This document shows, piece by piece, positions 28,350 through 36,308 of a DNA stretch of 64,000 bases. The position numbers and the translations under genes are program-made. This DNA comes from Gemmatimonas sp. Its GTDB lineage: Bacteria; Krumholzibacteriota; Krumholzibacteriia; LZORAL124-64-63. The stretch spans positions 14,474 to 78,473 of the forward strand of contig PNOJ01000001.1 of NCBI GenBank assembly GCA_013824755.1. Direction: 5' to 3'. The notes under the pieces were generated by a model. That model had not been told where the DNA came from. It worked only from the letters and a program-made list of their open reading frames with translations, and did no database searches. Within the stretch, counting starts at the first letter, position 1. Each line of letters opens with the position of its first letter.

Positions 28350-30134
28350 ATGGAGTGCAGTCGTCGCTGGGGTCGGGTCCTGGTCTGGTGCCTGGTGATC
28401 GCGGCGGGCGCCTGCGCCGGCGGTGGCGGCGCCGACCGCACCGGGCGCTCCCTCACGAGCGCCGAGCGCGATCTCGCCGGGCGCCTGTTCGCGCGCCAGC
28501 AGGAGGAGCACGGCCTCGGCAACGACCGCGCCGCGCTTTCGCTGGGGCACGAACTGATCGACCGCTACCAGGGTTTTTCGCGTCTGGACGAAGCGACGCG
28601 GCTGGCCGCCCTGTCCGCGCGCCGCCTGCACGATCCCGGCGCAGCCCTCAAGCTGACGGGCGAATTCCTGGCGTCACACCCCGACGCGCCGGGAGCGGAC
28701 GCGCTCCTGGACCTGCGGGCCGAACTCCTGCTGGAGGCGGGTGACGCCCCCCGCGCCGCCGAAGCCCTCGTCCTGCTCTACGATCGCGCCGACACGGCGT
28801 CCGCCCGCGAGGACGCTGGGTCGCGGCTGACCACCACGGCCGCCGCCCTGCCCGCCGACACCCTCGACGCCCTGCGCGCCGCCCACCCCGGTTCCGGGAC
28901 CCGCCCGCTGCTGGGCTACCTCTGGACCGGCAAGTTGCTGGCCGAACGCCGCGACGGCGAGGCGCGCGACGCCGTGGCCGTCCTGCGCGGCGAAGCCCCC
29001 GCCGACGCCTGGACGGCGAAGGCCGAGGCCCTGCTGGGCGACCCCGAGGCGGCGGTGCTCGCCGAGCGCCCGCTGCGGCCCGGCCCCGCCGGCATCGACC
29101 CGCAGCACGTGGCCGTGCTCTGTCCGTTGACCGGCCGGCACACCGTCCTGGGCAACGCCTACTACGACGGGGTGCGTCTCGCGCGCGACGAGGCGGGACG
29201 GCGCGGCTGGCGCCAGTACACCTTGACCGCACACGACTCGGGGAACGACCCGGTCGCGGCCGCGCTCGCCGCGCGACGGCTGCTGACGGAGAAACCCCCG
29301 ATCGCCCTGATCGGCGCCCTGCTGAGCTCCCCGACGGTGGCCGTGGCGCTGGTCGCCGGGGAAGCCGGATTGCCCCTGATCTCGCCCACGCCCACCGCGT
29401 CCGCGCTCGAGGACCTGGGGCCGTGGGTGTTCGCCACCGGTGACGACGGGGGCGCCGCAGCGCGGCTGGCGGCCCGCTTCGCGGTCGAGTCGCTGCACCT
29501 GCCGCGCGTGGCGGTGCTGTATCCGGACGACCCGGCCGGGCTGCGGCTCTACGAGCTGTTCGCGACCGAGGCGATCGAGCGCGGCGGGACCCTGGTCGCC
29601 GCCGAGGCCATCCCGGCCGCCGCCGCCGACGCCGCGGAACTCGTGCGCGGCCTCGCCGCGACCGGTCCGGAAGCCGTCTACGTGCCCGTGGACCCGTCGC
29701 GGCTGCCGCCCCTCGACGCGCTGGCGGACCTGGCCGCGACCGGTGTCCTGATCCTGGGCCCGCGCAGCTGGAACGCGCCCGCGTCGGCCGACGCACTCGG
29801 GGCCGCGCTGCCGCGACTCGCCTTCCCGGGCGAGGCGAACGACGGCGGAGACGGCTGGCCGGCGCGCTTCGACGCGCTCTGGGATGCGCAGGGGCGGCCG
29901 CAGGAAGCCACGGACGTGGCGCGCCAGGCCTTCCTGGGCGCGATGCTGCTGTTCGACACCCTCGGCGAAAGCGGGGCGACCACCCCGACCGATCTCGCCG
30001 CCGCGCTCCGCGCCCGCCTCACCAGACTGCGCGCCGCCGACTGGACGACCGAAGGACTGCCCGCCGCGATGCGCACCATTCAACACGGCGTGATCGTGCC
30101 CTACCCGACGCCCGACGCTCTCCTGAAGAACTGA
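28350..30134 (+). CDS. LpoA-like two-domain periplasmic protein (TPR-like helical N-domain plus type-1 periplasmic-binding fold)
   Basis: Signal peptide, helical repeats, then a LivK/ANF-receptor-like domain. The giant table ORF 26877..30134 is only real from about 28350. Confidence 0.55.
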   Translation: MECSRRWGRVLVWCLVIAAGACAGGGGADRTGRSLTSAERDLAGRLFARQQEEHGLGNDRAALSLGHELIDRYQGFSRLDEATRLAALSARRLHDPGAALKLTGEFLASHPDAPGADALLDLRAELLLEAGDAPRAAEALVLLYDRADTASAREDAGSRLTTTAAALPADTLDALRAAHPGSGTRPLLGYLWTGKLLAERRDGEARDAVAVLRGEAPADAWTAKAEALLGDPEAAVLAERPLRPGPAGIDPQHVAVLCPLTGRHTVLGNAYYDGVRLARDEAGRRGWRQYTLTAHDSGNDPVAAALAARRLLTEKPPIALIGALLSSPTVAVALVAGEAGLPLISPTPTASALEDLGPWVFATGDDGGAAARLAARFAVESLHLPRVAVLYPDDPAGLRLYELFATEAIERGGTLVAAEAIPAAAADAAELVRGLAATGPEAVYVPVDPSRLPPLDALADLAATGVLILGPRSWNAPASADALGAALPRLAFPGEANDGGDGWPARFDALWDAQGRPQEATDVARQAFLGAMLLFDTLGESGATTPTDLAAALRARLTRLRAADWTTEGLPAAMRTIQHGVIVPYPTPDALLKN

Positions 30135-30159
30135 ACGTCGGCTCTGGCCTGAGCATGTC

Positions 30160-30350
30160 CCTCCCCAGCGCCTTGATGCTGTTCGACTCGGATCCACACA
30201 TGCGGTCGTGAATGGGGTGTCTGCTGGTCTCCTGCGCCAGGAGGGCGCAGGAGACCGGAAGCCAAGCGCGCCGGGCACACGAGGTGCCCGGCGCGCGTCC
30301 CCATTCACGACCGCATGTGTGGATCCGAGTCGCATCACATCAAGCGTTGG
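30160..30350. repeat. Nested palindromic element (MITE/REP-like or structured RNA) between convergent genes
   Basis: Perfect 34-bp inverted repeat (30185-30218 and 30300-33033 region partner at 30300-30333). Flanking imperfect IR extensions. Two internal perfect 13-bp hairpins (30227-30257 and 30267-30297). Confidence 0.6.
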
Positions 30351-30383
30351 GGGAGGGACAAGCTTCGAGCCAGAAGCTACGGC

Positions 30384-31079
30384 TCAGGGAGCAGCGGTTC
30401 GGGGGTTGTGGAAGGTCACGGTCAGGACGTTCCAGAACCCCGCGGGATCCGCGCAGGCGGCGAAGTCCGGGTCGTAGAGCCAGCGGTCGACGGCCCTCAG
30501 CACGACGGCGGCGAACTCCGGACCGGCGTCGGACTCCAGGACGTAGGAGCCCTGCACGGTGCCGTCGGGACCGACGAAAAAGGCCGCCTTGACCGTCAGC
30601 ACCGGCGCCGACCGATCCAGGGGCGAGGCGTCGGCGGGGTAGCGCGGGTAGATCTGCCGCAGCAGGTGGAAGCAGGGGTTGGTCGGCGTGGGCAGGTTCA
30701 GCTCGACGGTGTCGCGCAGGTCGACGATCTCGGCCTCCACGTCGGCGTCGGGAGCGGGCGGGGCCGGCGCGACGGTGACCGGCCGCGTGCCCCGCTCGTC
30801 TGGCTCCACGACGTAGTCCGGGACCGGCGGCGTGGCGAGCCTGGCCAGGCGCGCGGCTTCCTGGTGCGCGGGATCGCTGCCGTCGTCGATCGAGATCTGC
30901 GGCATGATCTTCAGCGGTCCCGGCGCGCCAGCGAAGTCCCAGCGCTCGTGCACCCGTTCCCGGTCCGGCCCGATCAGGACCATCACCAGCAGCACGAGCA
31001 CGGCCGCGACGGCCGCGGCGCCGTAGCGCCGCCGCAGGTCGTGGTCGCGCTCGCGGCGGCGCCGGTCCAGATCGGTCAT
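30384..31079 (-). CDS. TonB-family energy transducer
   Basis: N-terminal TM helix, Pro-rich linker, C-terminal TonB domain (VLTVKAAFFVGPDGTVQGSYVLESDAGPEFAAVVLRAVDRWLYDP). ATGA overlap with the upstream amidase. Confidence 0.7.
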   Translation of the reverse strand: MTDLDRRRRERDHDLRRRYGAAAVAAVLVLLVMVLIGPDRERVHERWDFAGAPGPLKIMPQISIDDGSDPAHQEAARLARLATPPVPDYVVEPDERGTRPVTVAPAPPAPDADVEAEIVDLRDTVELNLPTPTNPCFHLLRQIYPRYPADASPLDRSAPVLTVKAAFFVGPDGTVQGSYVLESDAGPEFAAVVLRAVDRWLYDPDFAACADPAGFWNVLTVTFHNPRTAAP

Positions 31080-33403
31080 CGCGACGACCCGGACCAGAGC
31101 GACCGCACGCTCGGCACGCCGGCCGTGTCGGCGCCCGCGACCAGGAACTCCCAGCCGCCGCCGCCGTGCACCTCGAAGGTGTGGTCGGGACCCGGCAGCG
31201 GCAGGCGCGCGGGCGGGTCGCCCGCCGCGGGCGGCAACCAGAGCCAGTTGCCGTCGATGCGCATCCAGGCCGCACCATCCGCGAGGCGCGCCGCCGACGG
31301 GTGGCCGCGCAGCAGATCGCGCGGGTCCTTCACGTCGGCGAGCAGTTCGTCGCCGGCGAACCAGGCGGCGACGGCGTCGAACACCGACGCGGCGGCGGAC
31401 GCCTGGCGGGCGGGCGCGCGCCAGCGCTCCTCGTCGGCGATCGTCGCCGGCAGGGGCAGCGACACCTCCACGGCGGGGCAGGCGGTCTGCCGCAGCAGGT
31501 AGCCGTAGGACTCGGCGATCGTCGCGGGAAGGGCGACGTCCGGCGCGGTCAGCGTCGCCTGCAACAGGCGCGCGGCGCGGACGCCGCCGATGCTGCCGGG
31601 ATGGTGGGTGAGGCTCCAGCCGCCGTCGGGGGAGCGGCGCAGGGTCAGGAACAGCTCGGCGTCCAGCGCGTTCGCCTGCAGGATCTTCGCCTCCGGCGGC
31701 ACCCACCCCTCGCCGCGGCGGGTCAGGTGCGCCTCGGCGCCGGCGCCGCGCAGCAGGTCGGCCAATCGTTCCGCCACGGCCAGGTTCAGTTCCCGGCCCG
31801 TCGTGCCCAGGGGGCCCTGGCCGTCGGGCTCCGCCGCGTCGCCGTGCGGATCGATCAGGACCCGGCGGCCCGCGAGCGCGGGGAGCAAGGGCCGCCAGCG
31901 CAGCGTGTCCGGCGGGGGCGCGTGCGGCGGTTGCCAGGGCGTGCAGTGCCCCGCGTCCAGCAGCAGGGGCAGGCAGCCGGGCCTCTCCAGCCAGGCCGGT
32001 TCGCCGGCGGCGACGGGGAAGGCGGGGGCGCGGCGGTCCACGACGAAGGTGTCGTCGCGGCGTTCGTCCAGCGCGATGCCGGGCAGCAGGCGGGCGGTCC
32101 AGCCGCCGTCGCCGGTCCAGATCCAGCGCGCGCCCGGCGGCAGCGCGCGCGGCGCCGCGGCGCCGCCGATCGGCAGGGCGGCGGCGGGGCGCAGCAGCCA
32201 ACCTTCCGACGCGCCGAGGGGGGACAGGGGAGGGGCGCCGGCGGCGCTGTCCGCGGCGTCGATCCAGGCCGGCGCGCGCAGCGGCGCGGGCGCGCCGCGG
32301 TCCAGGGCGCGCCAGTGGAGCAGGGCGCGGGGGGCGTCGACCGACTGCTCCGTGGTGGCGTCATGCTCGATCCGACGCTGCGTGGTGCGGCGGCGCAGCA
32401 CGAAGGTCAGGTCGGCGCAGCGGCCGGCGAGGTTGCGGGCGCGCAGGTCGCAGCGGAAGTCGCCGTCGGCCAGGGGGCGGTCGGGGCGCCAGACCAGGAC
32501 GTCGCCGGCCGGAGCCAGGGACGTCGCGGCCGCGACCCCGTCGACCAGCAGCGTGACCGACGCCGGGTCGAGCGGCGGCGCGTCGTCGGGGGCGACGCGG
32601 TCGGCCGTGAAGCGCCAGGCGACGTGTTCGCAGGTCCGCAGGGTGGTGTCGCTGACCACCGTCCAGAACGGCACGCCGCCGGCGAAGTAGTCGCACAGCC
32701 CTTCGTAGTAGGCCTCGGCCTCCAGCTGGCGGAAGCGGGGCTGGGCCAGCTTCGCCTCGACGCCGGGGTGCGACAGCATCGAGGGTTCGCCCAGGACCGC
32801 GGGCGCGGTCGCCGCGCGCAGGACGTGGAAGTTGCCGGCCATGATCCGCGCGGAGCCGATCCCCAACCGGAGCACCAGGCGCTTGTGGACGGCGCGGGCC
32901 AGGTCCAGATCGGTGCCCGTGCGCCCGGCCGGGTGGTAGGTCTGCGTCTCGTTGAGGGTGCGGTCGAGCTGCGCGTTGCTGTTGTGGTGCAGCGAGACGA
33001 AGACGTCGGGGCGCAGCGCCGCGCAGAGCGCCGCGCGCGCGGCGAGGTCGGCGTTGACCGTGGAGTCCGCGGGGGTGAGCAGGTCGACGTCGGCGGTGCG
33101 GGTCATGGCGACGTCGGCCCCTGCGGCCGACAGCAGGTCCCGCAGGCGCAGGGCGACGTCCAGGTTGACCGTCGCCTCCTCGAGGCCGTCGCGGCCGACC
33201 ACGCCGCGGAACGCGCCGCCGTGGCCGGGGTCGAGCAGGACGAGTCGCCCCCGCAGCGGCGCGTCGTCCGCGACGGTGACGGGCCGGGCGGGCTCCGGGT
33301 AGCCCGTGTTCGCGGGCGGAGCCGTCCGGCGGGGTGCGCAGGAACCCAGCAAGGCGGCGGCGATCAGGGCGACCCACGGGGCCGGCCGGCGCGGAACGGT
33401 CAT
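31076..33403 (-). CDS. N-acetylmuramoyl-L-alanine amidase lipoprotein with two Amidase_3 domains (second degenerate)
   Basis: Lipobox LLGSC. First domain LLDPGHGG...SLHHNS. Second domain VLIDPHGD...FLTLRR. GAGGAGGG RBS. Confidence 0.8.
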   Translation of the reverse strand: MTVPRRPAPWVALIAAALLGSCAPRRTAPPANTGYPEPARPVTVADDAPLRGRLVLLDPGHGGAFRGVVGRDGLEEATVNLDVALRLRDLLSAAGADVAMTRTADVDLLTPADSTVNADLAARAALCAALRPDVFVSLHHNSNAQLDRTLNETQTYHPAGRTGTDLDLARAVHKRLVLRLGIGSARIMAGNFHVLRAATAPAVLGEPSMLSHPGVEAKLAQPRFRQLEAEAYYEGLCDYFAGGVPFWTVVSDTTLRTCEHVAWRFTADRVAPDDAPPLDPASVTLLVDGVAAATSLAPAGDVLVWRPDRPLADGDFRCDLRARNLAGRCADLTFVLRRRTTQRRIEHDATTEQSVDAPRALLHWRALDRGAPAPLRAPAWIDAADSAAGAPPLSPLGASEGWLLRPAAALPIGGAAAPRALPPGARWIWTGDGGWTARLLPGIALDERRDDTFVVDRRAPAFPVAAGEPAWLERPGCLPLLLDAGHCTPWQPPHAPPPDTLRWRPLLPALAGRRVLIDPHGDAAEPDGQGPLGTTGRELNLAVAERLADLLRGAGAEAHLTRRGEGWVPPEAKILQANALDAELFLTLRRSPDGGWSLTHHPGSIGGVRAARLLQATLTAPDVALPATIAESYGYLLRQTACPAVEVSLPLPATIADEERWRAPARQASAAASVFDAVAAWFAGDELLADVKDPRDLLRGHPSAARLADGAAWMRIDGNWLWLPPAAGDPPARLPLPGPDHTFEVHGGGGWEFLVAGADTAGVPSVRSLWSGSSR

Positions 33404-33449
33404 CGGAACCCTCCTCGGTGCATCGGTGAGGGTAAGGGCGGCGCGTCCG

Positions 33450-33491
33450 GGTGTCCAGCCGCGGTCGGGTCGACGGCCGCGGCTGGACACC
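33450..33491. promoter_or_regulatory. Perfect 15-bp inverted repeat in the divergent amidase/selA promoter region
   Basis: GGTGTCCAGCCGCGG-N10-CCGCGGCTGGACACC. A TGGTATTTTGGA AT-rich patch lies downstream. Confidence 0.3.
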
Positions 33492-33584
33492 GGGTGGGGC
33501 GTCTGGTATTTTGGACGGCCAGCGAACGCCGGCCGTCCCATCGGGCCGGCGTGATCGTCGTGTGCGGCACTGAACGGCAGGTCC

Positions 33585-35012
33585 ATGAGCGAGAACGCGC
33601 TGCGCCAACTCCCCTCGGTCGGTCTGCTCCTGGAGCAGCCCGAGATCGCGGCTCTCGCGCAGGGGGATGCGCGGTCCTGGGTGACCCGGCTCGTGCAGCG
33701 CGTCGTCGAGGCGGAGCGGGCGCGCCTGCGCGCCGCCGACGACGCCACCGACGCCGGTCGCGAGGACCTGACGCGTCGCGCCGTCGCCGCCGTCCGGCTC
33801 GAACACGAACGCATCCTGCGGCCCTCGATGCGCCGCGTGATCAACGCCACGGGCATCCTCGTGCACACGAACCTGGGCCGGTCCCTGCATCCCGAACGCG
33901 CGATCGCCTGGGCCGCCGAGGCGGCGCGGCACAACCTCGACCTCGAGACGGACCTCGACGCCAACCGGCGCGGCCACCGCGGCCGCGGCGTCGAGACGAA
34001 GCTGTCGCTGCTGACCGGCGCCGCCGAGGCGCTGGTCGTCAACAACAACGCGGCCGCCCTGTGGCTGGCGATCCGCGCCTGCGCCGCCGCCAACCGGGTG
34101 GTGCTTTCCCGGGGCGAGATCGTGGCGATCGGCGGCTCGTTCCGGCTGGACGAGATCCTGCGCGAGACCGGCTGCGAACTCGTCGAGGTCGGCACCACCA
34201 ACCGGACCCGCCCGCAGGACTACCGCGAGGCGCTGCGACCCGGCGCGGTGGTGCTGAAGGTCCACCGCAGCAACTTCGTCCAGCAGGGGTTCGTCGAGGA
34301 GGTCCCGCTGCGCGACCTCGCCGACCTGTGCCGCGACGCGGGCCACGTCCTGGTCTACGACGCCGGCAGCGGCCAGCTCGCCGACGTCGCCGGGGCGGGA
34401 CTGGCCGGCCACCGCACGCTGGAGCAGGACCTCGCCGACGGTCCCGATCTGGTGACCTGCAGCGGCGACAAGCTGCTCGGCGGCGTCCAGGCCGGTCTGG
34501 TGCTGGGACGGGCCGACCTCGTCGGCCGCCTGCGCGACCACCCGCTGCGGCGGGCCCTGCGCGTCGACAAGACGACGCTCGCGGCCCTCGACGGCACGCT
34601 GACCCTCTACCTCGAAGGCGCGCACTTGCGGTCGGTGCCCACGCTGGCCTTCCTGTCGCGCACGGAGTCCGAACTGGAACGGATGGCGCACGACCTGCTC
34701 GCCCGGCTCGACGGCGCCGCGCCGGCCGGCTGGCGCGCGGAGGTCGTCGCGGGTCTCGCCCAGGTGGGGGGCGGCTGCTCGGCCGACGCCGCGCTGCCGA
34801 CGCGCCTGGTGCAGTGGCGCGCTCCTCGCGCGGAGATCGAAGCCTGCCACCGGCGTCTGCGCACCGGGGATCCCGCGGTGCTGGCCCGCATCGGGCAGGA
34901 GGGCCTGGCCGTCGACCTGCGGTCGTTGCGCGACGACGACCTGCCGCTGGTCGCCGCGGCCGTGCGCACGGCCTGGGAACACCTGAGCGGGAACCGACGG
35001 GAGGCCACGTGA
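33585..35012 (+). CDS. selA: L-seryl-tRNA(Sec) selenium transferase
   Basis: SelA family sequence with PLP-lysine region SGDKLLGG. Full length. Confidence 0.85.
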   Translation: MSENALRQLPSVGLLLEQPEIAALAQGDARSWVTRLVQRVVEAERARLRAADDATDAGREDLTRRAVAAVRLEHERILRPSMRRVINATGILVHTNLGRSLHPERAIAWAAEAARHNLDLETDLDANRRGHRGRGVETKLSLLTGAAEALVVNNNAAALWLAIRACAAANRVVLSRGEIVAIGGSFRLDEILRETGCELVEVGTTNRTRPQDYREALRPGAVVLKVHRSNFVQQGFVEEVPLRDLADLCRDAGHVLVYDAGSGQLADVAGAGLAGHRTLEQDLADGPDLVTCSGDKLLGGVQAGLVLGRADLVGRLRDHPLRRALRVDKTTLAALDGTLTLYLEGAHLRSVPTLAFLSRTESELERMAHDLLARLDGAAPAGWRAEVVAGLAQVGGGCSADAALPTRLVQWRAPRAEIEACHRRLRTGDPAVLARIGQEGLAVDLRSLRDDDLPLVAAAVRTAWEHLSGNRREAT

Positions 35013-36271
35013 GCGATTCGGCCGTCCGCCACGGGCCCCTGGGGCTGCCGCTGTACCCGACCGGCTTCGCGGTCGAGGAGTTGCGGCTGGAGAGCGGCCC
35101 CATGTTCTGGGAGGAGGCGCAGCGGATCAGTGCGGGCGAAGCGCTCGCCGGCTTCGTCGTCGACCATCTCGAGGCGCCCGGCGCGCCCCGGGTCTGCGTG
35201 ATCCTGGGCCCGCCCGACGCGACGGCGCCCCGCGCCGCCGCGGCGCTGATGACCGCCCGCGCCCTGAGCCGCCGCGGCCGCCGCGTCGCGGTGGTCGACG
35301 GCGACGACCTGTCGCCCGACCTCACCCGCTGGGCCGGTCGCGCCGACGTCGAGGGTTGGATCGACGTGGTGCGCTACGGGGTCTCTCCCGCCGCCGCGGC
35401 CGTCGCCCTGCCCTGGGGCGCGCCGGGCGGCCTGCTGCTGGGCGTGGGCTCGTACCAGCCCAGCCGCGCCTCGGGCGACGAGGTGAGCGCCCTGGTGGCG
35501 ATCCTGCTCGCAGAATTCGACCACGTCCTGGTGAGCGCCTCGACGGGGGACCGCGGCGCGGTGTGGGCCACCGTGCCTTCGCTGCGCGTGCTGTGCTGGG
35601 ACCAGGCCGCCCTCGACTCGTCCCTGTGCGAGGTCATGATCCGCGACGTCGGCCAGCTGGGCGACCCGCCGGCCGCCGCGCTGGTGTTCGTCCCCGCCCG
35701 GGCGGCGGTCGTCCCCCGGCACGAGCCCCCCGCGCGCGCGCCGCGCCGCGCCGGCAGGTGGCTGGCGGCGCTGGCCGTGCTGGCGGTGATCGCGGGCGTA
35801 TGGTGGGTCGGCACGCAGCGGCGCCCCCGGGCCACGCCCGCGGCGCCGACCGCGAACCCCGACCTGCAGCAAGACATCAAACAGGAACCACAATCGATTG
35901 TGATCGATACAGATAGCGCATCTGTCGCGCTGCCGGACACGGTCGCGGCCGTCGAGAGCCCGCCCGCCGCTTCGCCGACGTCGTCGTCGTCGTCGGGCGA
36001 TCCCTTCGCCGGACCGGTGGGCGCGGCCGGCTGGTGCCTCCACGTCTATTCCTTCGACGACAGCCTGCTGGCCCTGGAAGAGGTCGCGGTCATGGCCGGC
36101 CGGGGCGTCGTCGGGCTGATCCATGCCGAGGACTCCGGTCGCCGGCACCTGTTCCGGATCTACGCGGGGAACTTCCCCGACCGCGCCGCGGCTCACGCGG
36201 CGCAGGACGAACTCTTCGCGCGCCTGCGGACGGACTGGGCCCAGCCCGTCGCCGCGGAACGCCTGCGCTGA
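35009..36271 (+). CDS. SPOR-domain membrane protein with degenerate ParA/MinD-like N-domain
   Basis: GTGA overlap with selA. N-terminal P-loop-NTPase-like fold without an intact Walker A. TM helix. C-terminal SPOR repeat (HVYSFDDSLLALEE...FRIYAGNFPDRAAAHAAQDEL). Confidence 0.6.
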   Translation: MSDSAVRHGPLGLPLYPTGFAVEELRLESGPMFWEEAQRISAGEALAGFVVDHLEAPGAPRVCVILGPPDATAPRAAAALMTARALSRRGRRVAVVDGDDLSPDLTRWAGRADVEGWIDVVRYGVSPAAAAVALPWGAPGGLLLGVGSYQPSRASGDEVSALVAILLAEFDHVLVSASTGDRGAVWATVPSLRVLCWDQAALDSSLCEVMIRDVGQLGDPPAAALVFVPARAAVVPRHEPPARAPRRAGRWLAALAVLAVIAGVWWVGTQRRPRATPAAPTANPDLQQDIKQEPQSIVIDTDSASVALPDTVAAVESPPAASPTSSSSSGDPFAGPVGAAGWCLHVYSFDDSLLALEEVAVMAGRGVVGLIHAEDSGRRHLFRIYAGNFPDRAAAHAAQDELFARLRTDWAQPVAAERLR

Positions 36272-36308
36272 CGCGGCCCGGCCGCGGCGAACCCAGAAGG
36301 ACACGCAC

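Noticed and set aside
26877-30134. 1085-aa ORF read as one protein
   Set aside because: Only the part from about 28350 is coding (LpoA-like). Upstream it overlaps the PPIase gene in another frame.
30101-30592. Small ORFs on both strands sharing peptides (PHSRPHVWIRV)
   Set aside because: They are mirror-image translations produced by the perfect inverted repeat, not genes.
31166-36271. 1701-aa plus-strand ORF
   Set aside because: Its N-terminal 1280 aa are antisense to the amidase and out of frame with selA. Only the last 420 aa (the SPOR protein) are real.
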